Positions 9,293 to 18,500 of a DNA stretch of 64,000 bases are shown here, piece after piece. The stretch spans positions 32,001 to 96,000 of IMG/VR virus record IMGVR_UViG_3300047561_001367; one strand, given 5' to 3'. The DNA is from a virus. Taxonomy: Duplodnaviria; Caudoviricetes. Under the pieces are notes generated by a model. That model did not search any database, was not told where the DNA came from, and saw nothing but the letters and a program-made list of their open reading frames with translations. The position numbers were made by a program, and so were the translations under genes. Numbering within the stretch: the first letter of the stretch is position 1; every line of letters starts with the position of its first letter.

Positions 9293-9817
9293 GTGGAAGA
9301 ATACTTTACAAAATTCATATACAGTGTATATAACGACTTAGGAGAACCCTCAAATTATTCTATTTCAAGGTTAGCCGCATGGTTTTTAGATGGCGCTAAT
9401 ATTGGAAAACTCAATAATTTAATTGGCACAGTTTTATCTGTAAAAAAGACCGAACCCAATTGTGGTACGTTTGGTTATATATTAGATCCAGAGCCATCTA
9501 ATGACCAACTAGCAATCTATAAAATGCTATTTGACTATGAGTACTATAAGAATGAAGCACGTTCTGTAGCTCAAAGTTCGCTTTCTAATGGAAACGATTG
9601 GACAAGTTTAAGAGAAGGTGATAGTGCAATTACTCGAGTAAATAAGAATGAGGTTGCCAAAAATTTTCGTGCGTTAGCTCGTGATACAAAGGAAGATTTA
9701 GAAAAAGCTGTTAAAATGTATCTTAAATATAATGCAGTACCAGATCAAATTGCTGGTGATGACACGCAGGGAACTAATGTTTATATTATAGAAGAATATA
9801 ATCGCGTAACATACTAA
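9293..9817 (+). CDS. Putative head-tail adaptor
   Basis: Helical protein with 'WTSLREGDSAITR' hairpin; GTG start 14 nt after a GTGTAA motif; synteny. Confidence 0.5.
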   Translation: MEEYFTKFIYSVYNDLGEPSNYSISRLAAWFLDGANIGKLNNLIGTVLSVKKTEPNCGTFGYILDPEPSNDQLAIYKMLFDYEYYKNEARSVAQSSLSNGNDWTSLREGDSAITRVNKNEVAKNFRALARDTKEDLEKAVKMYLKYNAVPDQIAGDDTQGTNVYIIEEYNRVTY

Positions 9818-9818
9818 T

Positions 9819-10253
9819 ATGGCTAATCTTATTTCAGATGAACAAAGAAACGTATATCAGGCGGCATTTAAAGATATACACGATACATTTTCTAGAAAAG
9901 CTATAGTATATAAAACTCCAAAAAGAATTGTTTTATCAACAACTCCGGATTATAATTTTATGTATACCGATGCACAAGAGGCATTGGACGTTCAATATAT
10001 ACCAGTTAGTGGCGAAATTAATGTGCGTGTTAAATGGTTAAACCCTGCTGAATTAAAAGGTATTAAAGATATTAAAGAAGAAATTCATGGAAATATAGTT
10101 AGATTAAAAATTCATAAAGACGATCTATACTGGTTTGACGATTGGAAAAGAGTAGAAATTGATGGTAAAGTTGTTCAATACTTTGGAACAAGCCAACCAC
10201 ATGGTTTGTTTGAGCCTAATTTTTATACCGTTTATTTAGAACAGAGTGAATAA
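9819..10253 (+). CDS. Putative head closure/stopper protein
   Basis: Beta-rich 144 aa; synteny. Confidence 0.45.
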   Translation: MANLISDEQRNVYQAAFKDIHDTFSRKAIVYKTPKRIVLSTTPDYNFMYTDAQEALDVQYIPVSGEINVRVKWLNPAELKGIKDIKEEIHGNIVRLKIHKDDLYWFDDWKRVEIDGKVVQYFGTSQPHGLFEPNFYTVYLEQSE

Positions 10254-10255
10254 TT

Positions 10256-10837
10256 ATGGCTGGAAAATTAAATATTGCTCAATTTAAAAATAAGATTTTA
10301 AATAGCCCAGAAGTTAAAAGGGCCGTTTTTAAACAAGTTAATGATCAAGTTCAAAAACAAAAGGCTGATTTATTATCTGAATTTTCTGAACATCCAGTAA
10401 CCCAAGAACTAGAAGGTGGAGAATCAGCTTCTAATGTTTCTAATACATTGGGCGGATATGGAAATTTATTTTCTTTTATTGGTTTTAAGTCTGGATCAAC
10501 CCCTACCGCGCGCGTGAAAACATTATTACGCAATATTAGTGTTAATAAAACTGTTAAAGTTAATGGAGATACGTTTAATGTTACTATCAAAATCCCATCG
10601 CGTGAAGAGTTAGAAAATGCAAGCAAAATTCCATGGGAAAATGGTCGTAGTTGGTTATTTGACATGAGTAAATCTATTTCGGGGTTAGGATCTTACATAT
10701 ATGGAAGATTTAATAATTCAAGATCTGGAACTGGCGTACAAACAAAAATAAATTTTGGCAAAAGAGTTTTTTCTCCTGTAAGTTATTTTGAATCAATGTA
10801 CAATAATTTCGTTAAACGTGTACAAAATATAAAATGA
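10256..10837 (+). CDS. Putative neck/tail completion protein
   Basis: Basic 193 aa; synteny. Confidence 0.4.
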   Translation: MAGKLNIAQFKNKILNSPEVKRAVFKQVNDQVQKQKADLLSEFSEHPVTQELEGGESASNVSNTLGGYGNLFSFIGFKSGSTPTARVKTLLRNISVNKTVKVNGDTFNVTIKIPSREELENASKIPWENGRSWLFDMSKSISGLGSYIYGRFNNSRSGTGVQTKINFGKRVFSPVSYFESMYNNFVKRVQNIK

Positions 10838-11685
10838 AAGCTTCATATTTAAATAATTTTACATCAAGTTTTTTTTTATGGTTAGACCATGAATTATTAA
10901 GTAGAGGCGAGGCTTTTATTAATTATAGTGGAAAACTTTATGGGTCTAGCGATGCTTATTACGATGACACTTCTTCTGTATACGCAAGCCCATTTAAACA
11001 GTGGGTCTACGATTCGAGCATTACTAATGCAATAGTTCCTAGTGGAGTTTATGTAAATAATAATTTTGTTAGTAAAGGTATTAGTGGATTGAGTTTAGAT
11101 TTTAATCGCGGTAGAGTAATTTTCGATAATAATTTTGTTAATACAAATAATATAACAGCTAATTATAGTTTTAAAGAGTTTAATATATATTATACAGATG
11201 AAAAAGAAGAGAAACTTTTATTTGAAAAAGCTTATACATTAACACCTAAAGTTACTATGATTACTGGCGGATTAACAGTGTTAGAAAATCCTTATCCGTG
11301 TGTATTTTTTAAAGTAAAAACAAATGAAAATGTACCTTTTGCTTTTGGGGGTTTGGACACTACAAAAAACTGGGTTAGATGTATTGTTTTAGCTAAAGAT
11401 ATTTTTTCTTTAGATAGTCTAGTTTCGATTTTAAACGACTCCGCTAGAAAAGTATTTCCAGTATTTGAAGCAAAAGATTTACCATTTAATTATATAGGGG
11501 ATTTAAAGAGTGGGGCTTATAATTATAATGATATGTGTAACGCCCAACAGAATAATAAATTAGTATTTATTAAAAAAGTTACATGCACAAAATTTGAAGA
11601 GTCGGAAAATTTATACATTAATAAGAAAACATTGGCTGCTTTTGTAGATTTTGAAATAGAAAGCATAAGAAATCCAAGAAGTTAG
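10834..11685 (+). CDS. Putative tail terminator protein
   Basis: Immediately upstream of the tail tube; 'PYPCVF' motif; synteny. Confidence 0.45.
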   Translation: MKASYLNNFTSSFFLWLDHELLSRGEAFINYSGKLYGSSDAYYDDTSSVYASPFKQWVYDSSITNAIVPSGVYVNNNFVSKGISGLSLDFNRGRVIFDNNFVNTNNITANYSFKEFNIYYTDEKEEKLLFEKAYTLTPKVTMITGGLTVLENPYPCVFFKVKTNENVPFAFGGLDTTKNWVRCIVLAKDIFSLDSLVSILNDSARKVFPVFEAKDLPFNYIGDLKSGAYNYNDMCNAQQNNKLVFIKKVTCTKFEESENLYINKKTLAAFVDFEIESIRNPRS

Positions 11686-11730
11686 AAAAAGAAAAGTGTC
11701 CCAGTCTTATTACAGATGTAATATATAAAT

Positions 11731-12849
11731 ATGAGCAGAAATAGAATCATTTACAACGTTTTAGCGCTTTACTCGAGTCAAGTTCTTCCTAGTGGGATGC
11801 AGACAGGGGTTGGCACAATTAAGCAATTAACTCGCGTGCAATCTTTTGATGAAGATTTTACCAGAAATCTTACTGACGTTAATCAGTTCGGAAATTTAGC
11901 TGCTATTGATCGTATCGAAGTTCAAGCCCCTACTGTAAATGGTTCGCTTTCTTATTACGTTACGGATGGCAGTAATGAAAAATTCCTAGGTCTGACAGTC
12001 GGCCCTAGCGGTGGCGAAGCTGCAGATTTGACTTCTTGTATCTCGGGTATTCTTAATAAAAGTACTGATGAAAAAAATTACTATCTCCTCATCGCTGATG
12101 AAGGTAACGACGCTAGTAATTACAATACCGCAAATGTTAATGGCGGTATGGCTCAAAGTGGCGTAATCGGACTTGGTAATGGATTTATGACTTCTTATAG
12201 CGTAAAAGGCGCTGTTGGTGAAATTCCAACCGCTTCGGTTGATTTAGAAGCTCTTAACGTAAGAGTTTATGCTGACGTTGACGGTGGCGATGATGTTCCA
12301 GCGGTTAACCCTGTAAACGGCCTTCCAATTACTAGCGCACAATTCCGGTTGCCAATGGCAGCTACAAATGTTGATGGTGATCAAGTTTCGGCTTTACAAC
12401 CTGGTGACATTGAATTTACTTTGGATGGTGTTGTAGGTTACGATGAAACAAACTTAAAAGTTCAAGACTTCACATTATCTTTCGACTTGAAGCGCACGCC
12501 TTTACAAAAACTTGGTAGTAAATTTGCATTCTCTCGTGAAATTGACTTCCCAGTAACAGCAAAGCTTGATGTTAATGCAGAAGTTGGAGATTTACAAGAT
12601 GGTAACTTAGCAGATCTTCTTTGCGGTGGAACCACTTACAACTTCACAATCACAATGAAGAAACCAGATTGTAATGGTGCCGGAACGCCATCTATCGCAT
12701 ACGTTTTCAAGGGCGCAAAATTGATTTCTCAGAAATTCAGTTCGGCTATCGGAAATAATGCCAATATGAGTGCTTCTTATGAAGTTCAGTTGGGTAGCCC
12801 ACAGGACAATGTTAAGGGCATCTTTATCTCCGGATCTTACGTTGATTGA
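11731..12849 (+). CDS. Major tail tube protein
   Basis: Beta-rich, 'LTRVQSF..DF', 'VQDFTLSFDLKRTPLQKLG', internal two-domain repetition, high-expression codon bias, position before chaperones and TMP. Confidence 0.8.
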   Translation: MSRNRIIYNVLALYSSQVLPSGMQTGVGTIKQLTRVQSFDEDFTRNLTDVNQFGNLAAIDRIEVQAPTVNGSLSYYVTDGSNEKFLGLTVGPSGGEAADLTSCISGILNKSTDEKNYYLLIADEGNDASNYNTANVNGGMAQSGVIGLGNGFMTSYSVKGAVGEIPTASVDLEALNVRVYADVDGGDDVPAVNPVNGLPITSAQFRLPMAATNVDGDQVSALQPGDIEFTLDGVVGYDETNLKVQDFTLSFDLKRTPLQKLGSKFAFSREIDFPVTAKLDVNAEVGDLQDGNLADLLCGGTTYNFTITMKKPDCNGAGTPSIAYVFKGAKLISQKFSSAIGNNANMSASYEVQLGSPQDNVKGIFISGSYVD

Positions 12850-13353
12850 AACTCAAACGGGCCTGCGGCGGCCAGCGAGTGGTCGCAAGCAGTAACGTAT
12901 AATCCTGGAAATAGGGTTTGGGCTGAAGGGCGCATTTTTGAAGCTACTAGTCAGAACTCCTCTTATCCGTTTTATATTCATATAAATGATCCCGATTATA
13001 TTGTAAATCAAAGGAATAATTGGACTTATATAGGTCAGTTCAATAATAGGCCTAGTTTTGGACGTTTTAGATATATTTGGAAGCATGACCCATCAACTTC
13101 ATCGTCATTAGATTTAGAGGGTTATGTAGATGAATTACAAAATAATTTTCATACAGATGCTGAGGGTCCTGGGTTTACACTACGGAGCACATTAAAGTAT
13201 ATCACTGGTCAAAATAAATGGTATGTTGCGTGCGTTCCTAATCATCTTTTGAATACATGTGGTCCTGATACTATCCATGATAATAATCAATATATTACTC
13301 ATATAAGAGTTAACTCGGGTTGGCAACTAATAGGTTCTGGTAATAAGTTATAA
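12850..13353 (+). CDS. In-frame C-terminal extension of the tail tube (167 aa, carbohydrate-binding-like), reachable by UGA readthrough
   Basis: Same frame as 11731..12849, open for 167 codons, no in-frame ATG/GTG. Begins NSNGPAAASEWSQAVTYNPGNRVWAEGRIFEA (CBM5/12-like W..Y..G..V...G..[FY].A). Confidence 0.7.
   Translation, partial: NSNGPAAASEWSQAVTYNPGNRVWAEGRIFEATSQNSSYPFYIHINDPDYIVNQRNNWTYIGQFNNRPSFGRFRYIWKHDPSTSSSLDLEGYVDELQNNFHTDAEGPGFTLRSTLKYITGQNKWYVACVPNHLLNTCGPDTIHDNNQYITHIRVNSGWQLIGSGNKL
12863..12892 (+). promoter_or_regulatory. GC-rich RNA hairpin 3' of the tail tube UGA (candidate recoding signal)
   Basis: CTGC-G-GCGGCCA-(GCGAG)-TGGTCGC-AA-GCAG in otherwise AT-rich sequence; no U tract. 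Confidence 0.55.
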
Positions 13354-13414
13354 GTGGCCTAATTAAATTTTTCAGTGTAAGTTAGTTTAAGGTAAAAGGA
13401 TAGTAAAGGATAAT

Positions 13415-13639
13415 ATGGATATAGATCTCAATAAATTTGTAAGCGGTCTTATTGCTAGAGATGTAAAAAAATTATATCTTTCTTTTCTTTATCTTCTTGA
13501 AGATTTAAAAAATGAGGATAAAATTACCGAAGAAGAATTCCAACGTCTTCGCAAGCGCGTGCTTGACTACGGAAATAATTGTTATAGAAATATAGACGAA
13601 CAATTAAATAGTTTTGATTTCACATTAACTCAAAAATAA
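13415..13639 (+). CDS. Small hypothetical protein
   Basis: AAGGA SD-like motif and GTGTAA motif upstream. Confidence 0.7.
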   Translation: MDIDLNKFVSGLIARDVKKLYLSFLYLLEDLKNEDKITEEEFQRLRKRVLDYGNNCYRNIDEQLNSFDFTLTQK

Positions 13640-13650
13640 TATATATACAT

Positions 13651-14478
13651 ATGGATAAAAATACAAAAAATTGGTTGTACGAATTTGAAGCTAAAACCGA
13701 ATCTGGTGAAGTTAAAAAGTTTGCAGTTTTAAAAGCCAATCGGCGCATGAGGGAAGATGGCGAGTTATTTTATTCGAGTGAGGTCTCTAGATTTGCAAAA
13801 GCAGGTGTTTTACCAAAAGCGGCTTGGAATACAATCTTATCAGATGGCGGCGGAAGTATCAGTGAGAAAGACCGCGAACTATATGGAAATTTATTGATGG
13901 ATTTTCGTGATAAGTCTTTTGATTTACAGGCTATTTTAATTAAAAACGTTTCGGAAAGAAGTGAGGATGAGCAGCTTCGTAGCACGAAATTAATCGAGGA
14001 ACTTGAGGCTATCAAGCAAGAAATCCAAGGGTTTGAAGCTTCACAAATTTCTATTTTTGAGAATACGGCTGAGTCTAAAGCTAGAAATCGCGCCATCTTG
14101 TGGTGGGTTATGAATCTTGCCTATAAAAAAGAGGGTGAGACTTATGAACTATTATTTGATGGAAATAGTTTTAATGATAAATTAGATCTTTATGATTCCC
14201 TTGAGGAAGATGCTACTAAACATGCGTTCTTACTCGGGGTGTTAAGGAGAATTACTTATTTAATTACCCTTTGGTTCTTAGGTCGTGCTGAAAATACAGA
14301 GGATATGAAATCTTTTGATGACATGTTCTTAAAAGACAATGATTTGGGTTCAGAAGAAACTTCTACAGAAACTAAAACACCAGTTGTTGAGGAAAAAGTT
14401 ACAGTGACCGAGACTGTTGTTGAAAAGATTGAAGCGGTTGCTACCGAGACAGTCGCTCAGGACACTCCAGCCGCATAA
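13651..14478 (+). CDS. Putative tail assembly chaperone
   Basis: Acidic helical protein between tube and TMP. Confidence 0.55.
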   Translation: MDKNTKNWLYEFEAKTESGEVKKFAVLKANRRMREDGELFYSSEVSRFAKAGVLPKAAWNTILSDGGGSISEKDRELYGNLLMDFRDKSFDLQAILIKNVSERSEDEQLRSTKLIEELEAIKQEIQGFEASQISIFENTAESKARNRAILWWVMNLAYKKEGETYELLFDGNSFNDKLDLYDSLEEDATKHAFLLGVLRRITYLITLWFLGRAENTEDMKSFDDMFLKDNDLGSEETSTETKTPVVEEKVTVTETVVEKIEAVATETVAQDTPAA

Positions 14479-14481
14479 CAT

Positions 14482-15519
14482 GTGGAGAATAAAAAGCAGT
14501 TTAATTTTGGTAGAATTTATAATGAAGTAGCGGATGGTTGCTCTGAGAAAATTATAAATAAATATCGGGTTTATTTTAAGCACCCTACGGTCTCTGAAAA
14601 TTTTACAATTTACGCTAGGTATGATAATATTTTAGCAGAGGCCAAATTAAAGGGACTATTAACCCAAGAAGAGAAGATTAATGAGGCTATAGAGGGTGGT
14701 TGGTGGACAAAAGATAAAGAACGTGAAATTTATATTTTACGTAAATCTGTTGCAAATTTAATTAAAACCCGTTCTAAACTGATAATACCCTCTCAAAAAA
14801 ATGCTATTAATACTCAAATTAAACGTAATGAGTCTATACTTTTAACATTAATAAAAGAAAGGCAGGAGTTTCTTAATTATACAGCTGAAGAGTATGTTAA
14901 TAGTCGATTTGTTGATGAAATGATTATTTATTATTCTTATAAAGATAAATCTTTAAAGGAAAAGTTGTTTGAAAATTTAGATGAGTATTTTGATATAGCA
15001 GATGAAATTTCTGAAAAAATTCGAACTGTTTATAACACATACGATACCGAGTTGGGTGATAAAAATGTGCGTATGGTTGCCGCATCCGGATTTTTTCAAA
15101 ACATGATTTATTTAGGGGATACTTGTGTAGATTTTTGGGGGCAACCAGTTAATAAATGTAGTAAATATCAAATAGATTTATTAGTGTATGGAAAGATTTA
15201 TAAAAATGTAATTAAAAATCGTTCAGAAAATGGTGAGCCAGTAAGAGATGAGATATTGAGTGATCCAGAATTATTTCTTAATTGGATGGAAGATGAGAGT
15301 AATAAATCTAAAGCTGGTAATTCAAATAGTAATTCAAAATATAATTTTGATAAGGGTAATAATGCTGTTACAAGTTATGTGGGAGCGAGTGCCGACGATT
15401 TAGAAAAAATGGGTGTTAAAGTCGAAAAAATAAAAGGTAAGAGTCTATTGGATTTAGCTAGAGAGAAAGGTGGTACTTTAGAAAAAAGTGATTATTTGAA
15501 AGTCAGAGAAAATTTATAA
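14482..15519 (+). CDS. Putative second tail assembly chaperone
   Basis: Immediately upstream of TMP; GTG start, in frame with the previous gene. Confidence 0.5.
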   Translation: MENKKQFNFGRIYNEVADGCSEKIINKYRVYFKHPTVSENFTIYARYDNILAEAKLKGLLTQEEKINEAIEGGWWTKDKEREIYILRKSVANLIKTRSKLIIPSQKNAINTQIKRNESILLTLIKERQEFLNYTAEEYVNSRFVDEMIIYYSYKDKSLKEKLFENLDEYFDIADEISEKIRTVYNTYDTELGDKNVRMVAASGFFQNMIYLGDTCVDFWGQPVNKCSKYQIDLLVYGKIYKNVIKNRSENGEPVRDEILSDPELFLNWMEDESNKSKAGNSNSNSKYNFDKGNNAVTSYVGASADDLEKMGVKVEKIKGKSLLDLAREKGGTLEKSDYLKVRENL

Positions 15520-15560
15520 AAAAAAGTGTAAATATTATACACACAAAGGATTAAGGAATA

Positions 15561-18500
15561 ATGGCTAATATTGATATCACCATAGGCGGAAATACACGGC
15601 AACTGGAAAAAGATATCCAGAATACCGTTAATAAATCATATAACATTAATTTAACGACAAAGGGCGATCAACCCCTTGGTCGTATTACTGGAAAAGTAAA
15701 CGAATTTACAAAATCGTTAGACGCTTCTAATGCTCGTGTTATTGCGTTCGGAGCTAGTGCTGGAGTTATTTATGGAATACAAAGGGCTTTTGATTCTTTA
15801 GTATCTTCCACAATTGAAGTTCAAAAATCTTTACAAGATATTAACGTTATTTTAAACGTTTCTACTAGTCAAATAAATAAATTTGGATCTGAACTTTTTA
15901 ACATAGCTAAAAATACTGGGCAAAGTTTTCAAGAAGTTGCCAAAGCTGCTACTGAATTTTCAAGACAGGGGTTGGGTGTTGAGGAAACTTTAAAAAGAAC
16001 AAGTCAAGCCCTAATTTTATCACGTTTAAGCGGACTGGATGCAGCAAAAAGTGTTGAAGCCTTAACGGCTGCCGTAAACTCTTTTGCTTCACAAGCCGTT
16101 ACTGCATCTGAAGTTGTTAATAAATTTGCAAATGTTGACGCTGCATTCGCAGTTAGTTCTGGCGATCTTGCGGAAGCTATTAGCCGCGTTGGTAGTAGTG
16201 CTGCACAATCTGGCGTTAGTTTAAATGAACTTATTGCTATTGTAACTTCTGCGCAGCAAACTACCGCGCGCGGTGGCGCTGTTATTGGTAACTCTTTTAA
16301 AACAATATTTACAAGATTACAACGCGGCAAGGTAGTAGACTTGTTAGGCAGTTTGGGTGTTGGAGATACTGACAGTCAAGGTAAAGTTAAATCTACAATT
16401 CAATTACTACAAGATTTAGCTAAAGTTTACGATACGCTCGGGCGCGGTCAACAGTCAGATGTGGCAGAAAAAGTCGGTGGCGTATTTCAAATTAACATTT
16501 TAAAAGCAGCTCTTGCTGATTTAGGTAAAGAATATTCTGTTTATAATAGCGCATTAAGAACTGCTGCATCGTCTACAGACCAAGCTATTTCAAGAAATGA
16601 GGCGTTGAATAAAACTTACGCAGCGCAATTAAATACCCTTAGTCAAAATGCTAAACAATTATCTGCAAATGTTGGGCAACGAGTTTTAGGTCCGACTTTT
16701 GATAGAGTCGTTGGCGGTGCAAATGATCTTCTTGGTGGCGTTAATGAAAGTGATGGTCAAGGTGTTGGAGCTACTCTTGCCAAAGGAATTCTTGATGGAA
16801 TAGGTAAAACTATTGCTGGCCCAGGATTGGCTTTAATTGGTGGCGTTCTTATTAAATTAATCGGTGACTTTAGTAAATTTGCTGCTGGTAGCGTAAAAGA
16901 ATTATTGGGTTTAAATACCGCTACTAAACAACAGGCTGATTTACAAAAGAGTGTTAATGATATTTTATCTAAGAATCCAGCGTTAATTGAATTGGCGCTT
17001 AAAGGAGAACAGGGCTTAGCAAGCGCGGCAGAAGTTTTATTATCTAATTTAAGAGCGCAAACTGTAGAGTTAGAAAAACAACAGCAAATTTCTGCTAAAC
17101 TTGCACAACAATTTTATGGCGCTGGAGTTCGTGTTACAGGTGGTGTTCCAACTGCTCCGCCAGCGCCAAAAGCCAAAGGTAAAGCGGCTGGATATATTCC
17201 GAATTTTGTTTCAGATGCAATTGCAGAAAAATATACAGCGATTTCTTTGGGTGCCACTTCTACTGTTCGTCCACATATGTCGGAAGGTACAATTGGTGGG
17301 CGGAAGTTCGTAATGAATGACCAAGAAACCGAATATCCAGGAGTGGGTCGTAATGGGGATTCAATGGTCATTCCACATTATGCTGCAAGAGGGTTCGTTC
17401 CTAATTTTGCACCAGCTAATATTAAAGCAATCAGAGAGGGGAATATATTTGAAAAACAGATAAATAAAATTTTATTTGGAATCGAATCAGATGCTGGTAG
17501 TAGGGCATTAGACTTTTTACCATCAAATTCTATTGGGTCATTACCAAGTGAAATTAAAAAAAGTTTAAATATTAGTCCAGCCTCTAGATATGGAGATGCA
17601 AAAAGAACGGAAAGTAAATCTAGCCAGGCGAATTTCGTCTCTAAAGTTCTTAGACAATTTCCGAATATACTTAATAATAGAGAACCTGATAAAAATAATT
17701 TTATTGACCTTAGCAATGCCCCAGAACTGAGTGGGTTAGCCATGTTATTTATTAATGAGGGTACTGATAAAAAGAGTTTTGCTTATTTGGGAACTGGAGG
17801 CCCTAATAAAGTAGCGCAAGGGAAAGGCTCTAATTATGGACAAAAAACTGGAAAAATTTTTCAACAAAATAAGGCTATAGCAAATAATAAAAGAAATGTT
17901 ACGATAAAAGTTCCATATTTATCAGATAAAATAGATGTATCTAAATTGCCAAGCTTGGAAAGTGGTAAAAGGTCGTATGCATCTAAATTTAAGAAATCAT
18001 TTGCATCTGGCTTCATTCCGAATTTTGCAACCACTGGTACTGGATCTGTAATTGATCTAGGAGATATAGCGGCGGGTAGCCCAATATTAAAAGGAAAAAT
18101 TGCGTCATTAATTTATCCAGGTGAGTCTAGCGGTATTCAAAAGGTACCTGTAAAATCTGTATATAGAGGTCAAGCTTTTAAAGGTCTTCTGCCGACTGCT
18201 GGCATTAATAAAGGCGAATTAAAACAGGGTATTAATATACCTAATGTTGAGGATGACGTAGAGCAGATGCTTTTAAATCAGGCTAATAATTTTGGCCAAG
18301 TACTTTCAAGTAGCGGTATACCAATGAGTGCGCTTGTAAAGGGCGAGTTGCCGAACACTGGCGCGGTAAAAGGCGCGGCAGGAGTTGCATTTGAAGGCGC
18401 GGTAAAAAGTGTTGTAAATAAAAGCTTACAGTCTACATCTCAAAATGCTAATATAGACTTTGCAAGTCCAAGTACTAAATTAAGAAGTATTTTTAATAAA

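Noticed and set aside
12853-13086. Minus-strand 77-aa ORF as the explanation for the gap after the tube gene
   Set aside because: It is antisense within a plus-strand operon and has no recognisable motif; the plus-strand in-frame extension covers the whole gap and has a domain signature.
14389-14400. Slippery-like GGAAAAAG in the first chaperone gene
   Set aside because: The downstream chaperone ORF is in frame 0, so a -1 shift here would not join the two genes.
10256-15519. Contractile tail sheath gene
   Set aside because: No ORF of suitable size or motif between the neck and tape measure genes.
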